This document shows positions 17,801 through 34,800 of a stretch of DNA of 64,000 nt, in pieces. The notes under the pieces are model-generated. The model saw nothing but the letters and a program-made list of their open reading frames with translations, had not been told where the DNA came from and searched no databases. A program made the translations under genes and the position numbers. The DNA comes from the human T2T-CHM13v2.0 reference genome, Homo sapiens. Within the stretch, counting starts at the first letter, position 1; each line of letters starts with the position of its first letter. Location of the stretch: the NCBI GenBank assembly GCA_009914755.4, contig CP068257.2:10912001-10976000 (forward strand), in the 5' to 3' direction.

Positions 17801-20800
17801 CTGTACATAAAATATCAATGTACTCAAACTATATATTATGTGCGGTACATAAGATATCAAAGTACCCATACTATATAGTATGTACTGTACTTAAAATATC
17901 AAAATACCCAAAATATATATTATATACGTTACATAAACTATCAAATACACAAAGTATGTATTATATACTGTACATAAAATAGCAAAGTTCCCAAAATATG
18001 TATTATATACTGTACATAAAATATGAAAGTACCCAACCATTTATAATAAACTCTACATAAAATACCAAAGTACCCAAACTGTGTATTATATACTGTCCAT
18101 AAATTGTCAAAATACCCAAAATATATATTGTAAACTGTACATAAAATATCAAAGTAGCCAAAATGTATATTGTTATACTGTACATAAAATATACACGTAC
18201 CCAAAATATATATTATATACTGTACATAAAATATCAAAGTACCCATAATACATATTATATACTGTACATAAAATATCAAAGGACCCAAAATAAACATTAT
18301 ATACTGTACATAAAATATCGAAATACTCAAAATATATATTACATACTGTACATAAAATATCAAAGTACCCAAATTATGTATTATATACTGTACGTAAAAT
18401 ATCAGAGTACCCAAAATATGCATTATATACTGTACATAAAATATGAAAGTAACAAAACATTTATAATAAACTGTACATAAAATATCAAAGTACTAAAACT
18501 ATATATCATATACTGTACATAAAATATCAAAGTACCCAAACTGTGTATTATTATATACTGTCCATAAAATATCAAAGTACCTAAAATATATATTGCATAC
18601 TGTACATAAAATATCAAAGTACCCAAAATATATACTCTATACTGTACATAAAATATGAAGGTACATCAAATATATATTATATCCTGTACATAAAATATCA
18701 AAGTACACCTATTATATATTGTGTACTGTACATAATATATTAAATCACCCAAATATATATTGTACACTGTATATAAAATATGAAGGTACTTCAAATGTAT
18801 ATTATATGCTGCATATAAAATATCAAAGTACCCAAAGTATGCATTACATACTGTACATAAAATATCAAAGTACACAAATTATATATTATATAATGTACAT
18901 AAAATATGAAGGTTCATAAAATATATTTTATATTCTGTACATAATATATCAAAGTACATCAATTATATATTATATACGGTACATAAAATATCAAAGTACC
19001 CAAAATATGTATTATTTACTGTACATAAAATATGAAAGTAACCAAACATTTATAATAAACTGTACATAAAATATCAAACTACTCAATCTACATATTATAT
19101 ACAGTATATAAAATATCAAAGTACACAAACTGTATATTATATACTGTACATAATATATCAAAGTACCCAGAATATATAGCATACTGTACATAAAATATCA
19201 AAGTACCCAAAATATATATTGTATACTGTACATAAAATATAAAGGTACATCAAAGATATATTATATTCTGTACATAAAATATCAAATTACACCAAATATA
19301 TATTATATGCTGTACATAATATATTAAAGTTGCCCATATATACATTATACACTGTACATAAAATATGAACGTACATCAAATATATGGTATATGCTGCACA
19401 TATAATATCAAAGTACCCAAAGTATGTATTATACACTGTACATAAAATATCAAACTACCAAAATTATATATTACATACTGTAAATAAAATATGAAGGTAC
19501 CTCAAATATATATTATATTCTGTACATAAAATATCAAAGTACACCAAGTATATACTATATACTCTGCATAAAATATTAAATTACCCACAATATGTATTGT
19601 ATTGTGTACATAAAATATGAAAGTAACCAAACATTTATAATAAACTGTACATAAAATATCAAAGTACTCAAACTGTATATTATATACTGTACATAAAGTA
19701 TCAAAGTACCCAAACTGTGTAGTATATACTGTACATAAAATGTCAAGGTACGCAAAATATATATTGTAAACTGTAGATAAAATATCAAAGTACCCAAAAT
19801 ATATATTATATACTGTACATAAAATATGAAGGCACATCCAATATATATTATATTCTGTACATAAAATATCAAAGTACACCAAATGTATATTATACACTGT
19901 ACATAAAATATCAAAGTACCCAACGTGTATATTATATACTGTACACAAAATATGAAGGTTCATCAAATATATTTTATATTCTGCACATAATATATCAAAG
20001 TACATCAAATATATATTATATACTGTACATAAAATATCAAAGTACCAAAAATATGTATTATATACTGTGCATAAAATATGAAAGTAACCAAACATATATA
20101 ATAAACTGTACATAAAATATCAAAGTACTCGAACTACATATTATATACAGTATATAAAATGTCAAAGTACCCAAACTCTATATTATATACTGTACATAAT
20201 ATATCAAAGTACCCGAATATATAGCATACTGTACATAAAATATCAAATTACCCAAAGTGTGTATTATACACTGCACATAAAATATGAAGGTACATAAAAT
20301 ATATATTGTATTCTGTACATAAAATATCAAAGTACTCCAAATATATATTACATGCTGTACATAATATATTAAAGTTGCCCAAATATATATTATATACTGT
20401 ACATAAAATATGAAGGTACATCAAATATATAGTATATGCTGCACATAAAATATCAAAGTACCCAAAGTATGTATTATATACTGTACATAAAATATCAAAG
20501 TACCCAAGGTATATATTATATACTGTACATAAAATATAAAATACCCCAAATATATATTATATGCTGTACATAAAATATCAAAGTACACAAAATATGTATT
20601 ATGTACTGTGCATAAAATATCAAAGGACCCAAAATATATATTATATACTGTACATAAAATATCAAAATACCCAAAATATATATTATATACCCTACATAAA
20701 ATACCAAAGTACCCAAAGTATATATTATATACCGTACAAAAAATATCAAAGTAGCCAAAATATGTATTATACACTGTACATAATATATGAAAGTACCCAA

Positions 20801-23800
20801 ACATTTATAATAAACTGTACATAAAATATCAATGTACTCAAACTATATATTATGTGCGGTACATAAGATATCAAAGTACCCATACTATATAGTATGTACT
20901 GTACTTAAAATATCAAAATACCCAAAATATATATTATATACGTTACATAAACTATCAAATACACAAAGTATGTATTATATACTGTACATAAAATAGCAAA
21001 GTTCCCAAAATATGTATTATATACTGTACATAAAATATGAAAGTACCCAACCATTTATAATAAACTCTATATAAAATACCAAAGTACCCAAACTGTGTAT
21101 TATATACTGTCCATAAAATATCAAAGTACACAAAATATATATTGTCAACTGTACATAAAATATCAAAGTAGCCAAAATATATATAGTATACCGTACATAA
21201 AATATAAAAGTACCCCAAATATATATTATATACTGTACATAAAATATCAAAGTACCGATAATACATATTATATACTGTACATAAAATATCAAAGGACCCA
21301 AAATAAACATTATATACTGTACATAAAATATCCAAATACTCAAAATATATATTACATACTGTACATAAAATATCAAAGTACCCAAATTATGTATTATATA
21401 CTGTACGTAAAATATCAGAGTACCCAAAATATGCATTATATACTGCACATAAAATATGAAAGTAACAAAACATTTATAATAAACTGTACATAAAATATCA
21501 AAGTACTCAAACTATATATCATATACTGTACATAAAATGTCAAAGTACCCAAACTGTGTATTATTATATACTGTATATAAAATATCAAAATACCTGAAAT
21601 ATATATTGCATATTGTACATAAAATATCAAAGTACCCAAAATATATACTATATACTGTACATAAAATATGAAGGTACATCAAATATATATTATATCCTGT
21701 ACATAAAATAACAAAGTACACCTATTATATATTGTGTACTGTACATAATATATTAAATCGCCCAAATATATATTGTATACTGTATATAAAATATGAAGGT
21801 ACTTCAAATATATATTATATGCTGCACATAAAATATCAAAGTACCCAAAGTATGCATTACATACTGTACATAAAATATCAAAGTACACAAATTATATATT
21901 ATATACTGTACATAAAATATGTAGGTTCATCAAATATATTTTATATTCTGTACATAATATATCAAAGTACATCAAATATATATTATATACGGTACATAAA
22001 ATATCAAAGTACCCAAAATATGTATTATTTACTGTTCATAAAATATGAAAGTAACCAAACATTTATAATAAACTGTACACAAAATATCAAAGTACTCAAT
22101 CTACATATTATATACAGTATATAAAATATCAAAGTACACAAACTGTATATTATATACTGTACATAATATATCAAAGTACCCAGAATATATAGCATACTGT
22201 ACATAAAATATCAAATTACCCAAAATATATATTGTATACTGTACATAAAATATGAAGGTACATCAAAGATATATTATATTCTGTACATAAAATATCAAAG
22301 TACACCAAATATATATTATATGCTGTACATAATATATTAAAGTTGCCCATGTATACATTTTATACTGTACATAAAATATGTAGGTACATCAAATATATAG
22401 TATATGCTGCACATAAAATATCAAAGTACCCAAAGTATGTAATATATACTGTACATAATATATCAAAGTACCAAAAGTATATATTACATACTGTAAATAA
22501 AATATGAAGGTACATCAAATATACATTATATTCTGTACATAAAATATCAAAGTACACCAAATATATACTATATACTGTACATAAAATATTAAATTACCCA
22601 CAATATGTATTTTATTCTGTACATAAAATATGAAAGTAACCAATCATTTATAATAAACTGTACATAAAATATCAAAGTACTCAAACTGTATATTATATAC
22701 TGTACATAAAGTATCAAAGTACCCAAACTGTGTAGTATATACTGTACATAAAATATCAAGGTACCCAAAATATATATTGTAAACTGTAGATAAAATATCA
22801 AAGTACCCAAAATATATATTATATACTGTACATAAAATATGAAGGCACATCCAGTATATATTATATTATGTACATAAAATATCAAAGTACACCAAATGTA
22901 TATTATATACTGTACATAAAATATAAAAGTACCCCTAGTATATATTATATACTCTACATAAAATATGAAAGTACCCAAAATATATATTATATACTGTACA
23001 TAAAATATCAAAATACCCATAGTATGTATTATATCCTGTACATAAAATATGAAGGTACATCTAATATATATTATATTCTGCACATAAAATATCATATTAC
23101 ACCAAATATATATTATATACTGTACATAAAAGATGAAAGTACATCAAATATATATTATATGCTGCACATAAAATATAAAAGTCCCCAAAGTTTGTATTAT
23201 ATTCTGTACATAAAATATCAAAGTATCCAAAGTGTATATTATATACTGTACATAAAATATGAAGGTACATCCGATACATATTATAGTCTGTACATAAAAT
23301 ATCAAAGTACACCAAGTATATATTATATACCGTACATAAAATATTAAATTACCCAAAATATGTATTGTATACTGTACATAAAATATGAAAGTATCCAAAC
23401 ATTTATAATAAACTGTACATAAAATATCAAAGTACTCAAACTGTGTATTATATACTGTACATAAAGCATCAAAGTACCCAAACTGTGTAGCATATACTGT
23501 ACATAAAATATCAAGGTACCCAAAATATATAGTGTAAACTGTAGATAAAATATCAAAGTACCCAAAGTATACATTATATACTCTACATAAAATATCAAAA
23601 TATGCAAAATATATATTGTATACTGTACATAAAATATCAAAGTATCCAAGCTATATATTATGTACTGTACATAAAATATCAAAGTACCCAAAGTGTGTAT
23701 TATACACTGCATATAAAATATGAAGGTACATAAAATATATATTGTATTCTGTACATAAAATATCAAATTACACCAAATATATATTATATAGTGTACATAA

Positions 23801-26800
23801 TATATTAAAGTTGCCCAAATATATATTATATACTGTACATAAAATATGAAGGTACATCAAATATATATTATACGCTGCACATAAAATATCAAAGTACCCA
23901 AAGTATGTATTATATACTGTACATAAAATATCAAAGTACCCAAAGTCTATATTATATACTGTACATAAAATATAAAATACCCCAAATATATATTATATGC
24001 TGTACATGAAATATCAAAGTACACAAAATATGTATTATGTACTGTACATACAATATCAAAGGACCCAAAATATATATTATATACTGTACATAAAATATCA
24101 AAATATCCAAAATATATATTATATACTGTACATAAAATACCAAAGTACCCAAAGTATATATTATATACCGTACAAAAAATATCAAAGTAGCCAAAATATG
24201 TATTATACACTGTACATAATATATGAAAGTACCCAAACATTTATAATAAACTGTACATAAAATATCAATGTACTCAAACTATATATTATGTGTGGTACAT
24301 AAGATATCAATGTACCCATACTATATAGTATATACTGTACTTAAAATATCAAAATATCCAAAATATATATTATATACGTTACATAAACTATCAAATACAC
24401 AAAGTATGTATTATATACTGTACATAAAATAGCAAAGTTCCCAAAATATGTATTATATACTGTACATAAAATATGAAAGTACCCAACCATTTATAATAAA
24501 CTCTACATAAAATACCAAAGTACCCAAACTGTGTATTATATACTGTCCATAAAATATCAAAGTACCCAAAATATATATTGTAAACTGTACATAAAATATC
24601 AAAGTAGCCAAAATATATATTGTATACTGTACATAAAATATAAAATACCCCAAATATATATTATATACTGTACATAAAATATCAAAGTACCCATAATACA
24701 TATTATATACTGTACATAAAATATCAAAGGACCCAAAATAAATATTATATACTGTACATAAAATATCCAAATACTCAAAATATATATTACATACTGTACA
24801 TAAAATATCAAAGTACCCAAATTATGTATTATATACTGTACGTAAATTATCAGAGTACCCAAAATATGCATTATATACTGTACATAAAATATGAAATTAA
24901 CAAAACATTTATAATAAACTGTACATAAAATATCAAAGTACTCAAACTATATATCATATACTGTACATAAAATATCAAAGTACCCAAACTGTGTATTATT
25001 ATACACTGTATATAAAATATCACAGTACCTGAAATATATATTGTATACTGTACATAAAATATCAAAGTACCCAAAATATATACTATATACTGTACATAAA
25101 ATATGAAGGTACATCAAATATATATTATATCCTGTACATAAAATATCAAACTACACCTATTGGATATTGTGTACTGTACATAATATATTAAATCCCCCAA
25201 ATATATATTGTATACTGTATATAAAATATGAAGGTACTTCAAATTCATATTACATGCTGCACATAAAATATCAAACTACCCAAGGTATGCATTATATACT
25301 GTACATAAAATATCAAAGTACACAAATTATATATTATATACTGTACATAAAATATGAAGGTTCATCAAATATATTTTATATTCTGTACATAATATATCAA
25401 AGTACATCAAATATATATTTTATACGGTACATAAAATATCAAAGTACCAAAAATATGTATTATATACTGTACATAAAATATGAAAGTAACCAAACATTTA
25501 TAATAAATTGTACATAAAATATCAAAGTACTCAAACTTCATATTATATACAGTATATAAAATATCAAAGTACCCAAACTGTATATTATATACTGTACATA
25601 ATATATCAAAGTACCCGAATATATAGCATACTGTACATAACATATCAAAGTACCCAAAATATATACTGTATACTGTACATAAAATATGAAGGTACATCAA
25701 AGATATATTATATTGTGTACATAAAATATCAAAGTACACCATATATATATTATATGCTGTACATAATATATTAAAGTTGCCCAAATATATATTATATACT
25801 GTACATAAAATATGAAGGCACATCAAATATATAGTATATGCTGCACATAAAATATCAAAGTACCCAAAGTATGTAATATATACTGTACATAACATATCAA
25901 AGTACCAAAAGTATATATTACCTACTGTAAATAAAATATGAAGGTACCTCAAATATACATTATATTCTGTACATAAAATATCAAAGTACGCCAAATATAT
26001 ACTATATACTGTACATACAATATTAAATTACCCACAATATGTATTGTATTGTGTACATAAAATCTGAAAGTAACCAAACATTTATAATAAACTGTACATA
26101 AAATATCAAAGTACTCAAACTGTATATTATATACTGTACATAAAGTATCAAAGTACCCAAACTGTGTAGTATACACTGTACATAAAATATCAAGGTACCC
26201 AAAATATATATTGTAAACTGTAGATACGATATCAAATTACCCAAAATATATATTATATACTGTACATAAAATATGAAGGCACATCCAGTATATATTATAT
26301 TCTGTACATAAAATATCAAAGTACACCAAATGTATATTATATACTGTACATAAAATATAAAAGTACCCCAAGTATATATTATATACTCTACATAAAATAT
26401 GAAAGTACCCAACATATATATTATATACTGTACATAAAATATCAAAGTACCCATAGTATGTATTATATCCTGTACATAAAATATGAAGGTACATCAAATA
26501 TATATTATATTCTGCACATAAAATATCATATTACACCAAATATATATTATATACTGTACATAAAATATGAAGGTACATCAAATGTATATTATATGCTGCA
26601 CATAAAATATCAAAGTCCCCAAAGTTTGTATTATATACTGTACATAAAATATCAAAGTATCCAAAGTGTATATTATATACTGTACATAAAATATGAAGGT
26701 ACATCCGATACATATTATATTCTGTACATAAAATATCAAAGTACACCAAGTATATATTATATACTGTACATAAAATATTAAATTACCCGAAATATGTATT

Positions 26801-28684
26801 GTATACTGTACATAAAATATGAAAGTAACCAAACATTTATAATAAACTATACATAAAATATCAAAGTACTCAAACTACATATTATATACAGTATATAAAA
26901 TATCAAAGTACCCAAACTGTATATTATATACTGTACATACTATATCAAAGTACCCGAATATATAGCATACTGTACATAAAATATCAAAGTACCCAAAATA
27001 TATATTGTACACTGCACATAAAATATGAAGCTACATCAAAGATATATTATATTCTGTACATAAAATATCAAAGTACACCAAGTATATATTATATGCTGTA
27101 CATAATATATTAAAGTCGACCAAATATATATTACATACTGTACAAAAAATATGAAGGTACATCAAATATATATTATATGCTGCACATAAAATATCAAAGT
27201 ACCCAAAGTATCTATTATATACTGTACATAAAATATCAAAATACCCAAAGTATATATTATATACTATACATACAATATAAAATACCCCAAATATATATTA
27301 TATGCTGTACATAAAATATCAAAGTACACAAAATATGTATTATGTACTGTACATAAAATATCAAAGGACCGAAAATATATATTATATACTGTACATAAAA
27401 TATCAAAATACCCAAAATATATACTATATACTGTACATAAAATACCAAAGTACCCAAAGTATATATTATATACCGTACAAAAAATATCAAAGTAGCCAAA
27501 GTATGTATTATACACTGTATATAATATATGAAAGTACCCAAACATTTATAATAAACTGTACATAAAATATCAATGTACTCAAACTATATATTATGTTCGG
27601 TACATAACATATCAAAATGCCCATACTATATAGTATATACTGTACTTAAAATATCAAAATACCCAAAATATATATTATATACGTTACATAAATTATCCAA
27701 TACCCAAAGTATGTATTATATACTGTACTTAAAATAGCAAAGTTCCCAAAATATGTATTATATACTGTACATAACAAATGAAAGTACCCAACCATTTATA
27801 GTAAACTCTACATAAAATACCAAAGTACCCAAACTGTGTATTATATACTGTCCATAAATTATCAAAGTACCCAAAATATATATTGTAAACTGTACATAAA
27901 ATATCAAAGTAGCCAAAATGTATATTGTATACTGTACATAAAATATAAACGTACCCCAAATATATATTATATACTGTACACAAAATATCAAAGTACCCAT
28001 AATACATATTATATACTGTACATAAAATATCAAAGGACCCAAAATAAACATTATATACTGTACATAAAATATCCAAATACTCAAAATATATATTACATAC
28101 TGTACATAAAATATCAAAGTACCCAAATTATGTATTATATACTGTACGTAAAATATCAGAGTACCCAAAATATGCATTATATACTGTACATAAAATATGA
28201 AAGTAACAAAACATTTATAATAAACTGTACATAAAATATCAAAGTACTAAAACTATATATCATATACTGTACATAAAATATCAAAGTACCCAAACTGTGT
28301 ATTATTATATACTGTACATAAAATATCAAGGTACCTAAAATATATATTGCATACTGTACATAAAATATCAAAGTACCCAAAATATATACTATATACTGTA
28401 CATAAAATATGAAGGTACATCAAATATATATTATATCCTGTACATAAAATATCAAAGTACACCTATTATATATTGTGTACTGTACATAATATATTAAATC
28501 ACCCAAATATATATTGTATACTGTATATAAAATATGAAGGTACTTCAAATATACATTATATGCTGCACATAAAATATCAAAGTACCCAAAGTATGCATTA
28601 CATACTGTACATAAAATATCAAAGTACACAAATTATATATTATATAATGTACATAAAATATGAAGGTTCATAAAATATATTTTA
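17800..28684. repeat. HSat1A block, third near-identical copy of the segment at about 2820-13700 (offset 14,983-14,984 bp)
   Basis: ORF markers recur at offset 14,984 (3735 to 18719, 5532 to 20516, 6748 to 21732, 7605 to 22589, 10183 to 25167, 12318 to 27302, 13489 to 28473). Direct comparison of 2838-2920 with 17821-17903 shows a single substitution. Upstream of about 17.8 kb the best homology switches to a different offset (8,534), so the left edge is a recombination breakpoint inside the repeat. Confidence 0.8.
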
Positions 28685-31600
28685 TATTCTGTACATAATA
28701 TATCAAAGTACATCAATTATATATTATATACGGTACATAAAATATCAAAGTACCCAAAATATGTATTATTTACTGTGCATAAAATATGAAAGTAACCAAA
28801 CATTTATAATAAACTGTACATAAAATATCAAAGTACTCAATCTACATATTATATACAGTATATAAAATATCAAAGTACACAAATTGTATATTATATACTG
28901 TACATAATATATCAAAGTACCCGAATATATAGCATACTGTACATAAAATATCAAAGTACCCAAAATATATATTGTATACTGTACATAAAATATGAAGGTA
29001 CATCGAAGATATATTATATTGTGTACATAAAATATCAAAGTACACCAAATATATATTATATGCTGTACATAATATATTAAAGTTGCCCAAATATATATTA
29101 TATACTGTACATAAAATATGAAGGCACATCAAATATATAGTATATGCTGCACATAAAATATCAAAGTACCCAAAGTATGTAATATATACTGTACATAACA
29201 TATCAAAGTACCAAAAGTATATATTACCTACTGTAAATAAAATATGAAGGTACCACAAATATACATTATATTCTTTACATAAAATATCAAAGTACACCAA
29301 ATATATACTATATACTGTACATACAATATTAAATTACCCACAATATGTATTGTATTGTGTACATAAAATATGAAAGTAACCAAACATTTATAATAAACTG
29401 TACATAAAATATCAAAGTACTCAAACTGTATATTATATACTGTACATAAAGTATCAAAGTACCCAAACTGTGTAGTATACACTGTACATAAAATATCAAG
29501 GTACCCAAAATATATATTGTAAACTGTAGATACAATATCAAATTACCCAAAATATATATTATATACTGTACATAAAATATGAAGGCACATCCAGTATATA
29601 TTATATTCTGTACATAAAATATCAAAGTACACCAAATGTATATTATATACCGTACATAAAATATAAAAGTACCCCAAGTATATATTATATACTCTACATA
29701 AAATATGAAAGTACCCAAAATATATATTATATACTGTACATAAAATATCAAAGTACCCATAGTATGTATTATATCCTGTACATAAAATATGAAGGTACAT
29801 CAAATATATATTATATTCTGCACATAAAATATCATATTACACCAAATATATATTATATACTGTACATAAAATATGAAGGTACATCAAATGTATATTATAT
29901 GCTGCACATAAAATATCAAAGTCCCCAAAGTTTGTATTATATACTGTACATAAAATATCAAAGTATCCAAAGTGTATATTATATACTGTACATAAAATAT
30001 GAAGGTACATCCGATACATATTATATTCTGTACATAAAATATCAAAGTACACCAAGTATATATTATATACTGTACATAAAATATTAAATTACCCAAAATA
30101 TGTATTGTATACTGTACATAAAATATGAAAGTAACCAAACATTTATAATAAACTGTACATAAAATATCAAAGTACTCAAACTGTATATTATATACTGTAC
30201 ATAATGTATCAAAGTACCAAAACTGTGTAGTATATACTGTACATAAAATATCAAGGTACCCAAAATATATATTGTAAACTGTAGATAAAATATCAAAGTA
30301 CCCAAAATATATATTATATACTGTACATAAAATATGAAGGCACATCCAATATATATTATATTCTGTACATAAAATATCAAAGTACACCAAATGTATATTA
30401 TATACTGTACATAAAATATCAAAGTACCCAACGTGTATATTATATACTGTACACAAAATATGAAGGTTCATCAAATATATTTTATATTCTGCACATAATA
30501 TATCAAAGTACATCAAATATATATTATATACTGTACATAAAATATCAAAGTACCAAAAATATGTATTATATACTGTACATAAAATATGAAAGTAACCAAA
30601 CATATATAATAAACTGTACATAAAATATCAAAGTACTCAAACTACATATTATATACAGTATATAAAATGTCAAAGTACCCAAACTCTATATTATATACTG
30701 TACATAATATATCAAAGTACCCGAATATATAGCATACCGTACATAAAATATCAAAGTACCCAAAGTGTGCATTATACACTGCACATAAAATGTGAAGGTA
30801 CATAAAATATATATTGTATTCTGTACATAAAATATCAAAGTACTCCAAATATATATTATATGCTGTACATAATATATTAAAGTTGCCCAAATATATATTA
30901 TATACTGTACATAAAATATGAAGGTAAATCAAATATATAGTATATGCTGCACATAAAATATCAAAGTACCCAAAGTATGTATTATATACTGTACATAAAT
31001 TATCAAAGTACCCAAAGTATATATTATATACTGTACATAAAATATAAAATACCCCAAATATATATTATATGCTGTACATAAAATATCAAACTACACAAAA
31101 TATTTATTATATACTGTACATAAAATACCAAAGGACCCAAAATATATATTATATACTGTAGATAAAATATCAAAATACCCAAAATATATATTATATACCC
31201 TACATAAAATACCAAAGTACCCAAAGTATATATTATATACCGTACAAAAAATATCAAATTAGCCAAAATATGTATTATACACTGTATATAATATATGAAA
31301 GTACCCAAACATTTATAATAAACTGTACATAAAATATCAATGTACTCAAACTATATATTATGTGCGGTACATAAGATATCAAAGTACCCATACTATATAG
31401 TATGTACTGTACTTAAAATATCAAAATACCCAAAATATATATTATATACGTTACATAAACTATCAAATACACAAAGTATGTATTATATACTGTACATAAA
31501 ATAGCAAAGTTCCCAAAATATGTATTATATACTGTACATAAAATATGAAAGTACCCAACCATTTATAATAAACTCTACATAAAATACCAAAGTACCCAAA

Positions 31601-31812
31601 CTGTGTATTATATACTGTACATAAAATATCAAAGTACCCAAAATATATATTGTAAACTGTACATAAAATATCAAAGTAGCCAAAATGTATATTGTATACT
31701 GTACATAAAATATAAAAGTACCCCAAATATATATTATATACTGTACACAAAATATCAAAGTACCCATAATACATATTATATACTGTACATAAAATATCAA
31801 AGGACCCAAAAT

Positions 31813-34800
31813 AAACATTATATACTGTACATAAAATATCCAAATACTCAAAATATATATTACATACTGTACATAAAATATCAAAGTACCCAAATTATGT
31901 ATTATCTACTGTACATAAAATATCAAAGTACCCAAAATATGCATTGTATACTGTACATAAAATATGAAAGTAACAAAACATTTATAATAAACTCTACATA
32001 AAATATCAAAGTACTCAAACTATATATCATACACTGTACCTAAAATATCAAATTACCCAAACTGTATATTATTATATACTGTACATAAAATATCAAAGTA
32101 CCTGAAATATATATTGTATACTGTACATAAAATATCAAAGTACCCAAAATATATACTATATACTGTACATAAAATATGAAGTTACATCAAATATATATTA
32201 TATCCTGTACATAAAATACCAAAGTACACCTATTATATATTGTGTACTGTACATAATATATTAAATCGCCCAAATATATATTGTATACTGTATATAAAAT
32301 ATGAAGGAACTTCAAATATATATTATATGCTGCACATAAAATATCAAAGTACCCAAAGTATGCATTATATACTGTACATAAAATATCAAAGTACACAAAT
32401 TATATATTATATACTGTACATAAAATATGAAGGTTCATAAAATATATTTTATATTCTGTACATAATATATCAAAGTACATCAAATATATATTATATACGG
32501 TACATAAAATATCAAAGTACCCAAAATATGTATTATTTACTGTACATAAAATATGAAAGTAACCAAACATTTATAATAAACTGTACATGAAATATCAAAG
32601 TACTCAATCTACATATTATATACAGTATATAAAATATCAAAGTACACAAACTGTATATTATATACTGTACATAATATATCAAAGTACCCAGAATATATAG
32701 CATACTGTACATAAAATATCAAAGTACCCAAAATGTATATTGTGTACTGTACATAAAATATAAAGGTACATCAAAGATATATTATATTCTGTACATAAAA
32801 TATCAAATTACACCAAATATATATTATATGCTGTACATAATATATTAAAGTTGCCCATATATACATTATACACTTTACATAAAATATGAACGTACATCAA
32901 ATATATAGTATATGCTGCACATAAAATATCAAAGTACCCAAAGTATGTATTATACACTGTACATAAAATATCAAAGTACCAAAAGTATATATTGCATACT
33001 GTAAATAAAATATGAAGGTAACTGAAATATATATTATATTCTGTACATAAAATATAAAAGTACACCAAGTATAAACTACATACTCTGCATAAAATATTAA
33101 ATTACCCAAAATATGTATTGTATTGTGTACATAAAATATGAAAGTAAGCAAACATTTATAATAAACTGTACATAAAATATCAAAGTACTCAAACTGTATA
33201 TTATATACTGTACATAAAGTATCAAAATACCCAAACTGTGTAGTATATACTGTACATAAAATATCAAGGTACCCAAAATATATATTGTAAACTGTAGATA
33301 CAATATCAAAGTACCCAAAATATATATTATATACTGTACATAAAATATGAAGGCACATCCAATATATATTATATTCTGTACATAAAATATCAAAGTACAC
33401 CAAATGTATATTATATACTGTACATAAAATATAAAAGTACCCCGAATATATATTATATACTCTACATAAAATATCAAAGTACCCAAAATATATATTATAT
33501 ACTGTACATAAAATATCAAAGTACCCATAGTATGTATTATATCCTGTACATAAAATATGAAGGTACATCAAATATATATTCTATTCTGCACATAAAATAT
33601 CATATTACACCAAATATATATTGTATACTGTATATAAAATATGAAGGTACTTCAAATACATATTATATGCTGCACATAAAATATCAAAGTACCGAAAGTG
33701 TGCATTATATGCTGTACATAAAATATCAAAGTACCCAAAGTGTATATTATATACTGTACATAAAATGTGAAGGTTCATCAAATATATTTTATATTCTGCA
33801 CATAATATATCAAAGTACATCAAATATATATTATATACTGTACATAAAATATTAAAGTACCAAAAATATGTATTATATACTGTACATAAAATATGAAAGT
33901 AACCAAACATTTATAATAAACTGTACATAAAGTATCAAAGTACTCAAACTACATATTATATACAGTATATAAAATATCAAAGTACCCAAACTGTATATTA
34001 TATACTGTACATAATATATCAAAGTACCCAAATATATAGCATACTGTACATAAAATATTAAAGTACCCAAAATATATATTGTATACTGTACATAAAATAT
34101 GAAGGTACATCAAAGATATATTATATCCTGTACATAAAATATCAAAGTACACCAAATATATATTATATGCTGTACATAATATATTAAAGTCGACCAAATA
34201 TATATTATATACTGTACATAAAATATGAAGGTACATCAAATATATATTATATGCTGCACATAAAATATCAAAGTACCCAAAGTATGTATTATATACTGTA
34301 CATAAAATATCAAAGTACCCAAAGTATATATTATATACTGTATATAAAATATAAAATACCCCAAATATATATTATATGCTGTACATAAAATATCAAAGTA
34401 CACAAAATATTTATTATACACTGTACATAAAATATCAACGGACCCAAAATATATATTATATACTGTACATAAAATATCAAAATACCCAAAATATATATTA
34501 TATACTGTACATAAAATACCAAAGTACCCAAAGTATATATTATATACCGTACAAAAAATATCAAAATAGCCAAAATATGTATTATACACTGTACATAATA
34601 TATGAAAGTACCCAAACATTTATAATAAACTGTACATAAAATATCAATGTACTCAAACTATATATTATGTGCGGTACATAAGATATCAAAGTACCCATAC
34701 TATATAGTATATACTGTACTTAAAATATCAAAATACCCAAAATATATATTATATACGTTACATAAACTATCAAATACACAAAGTATGTATTATATACTGT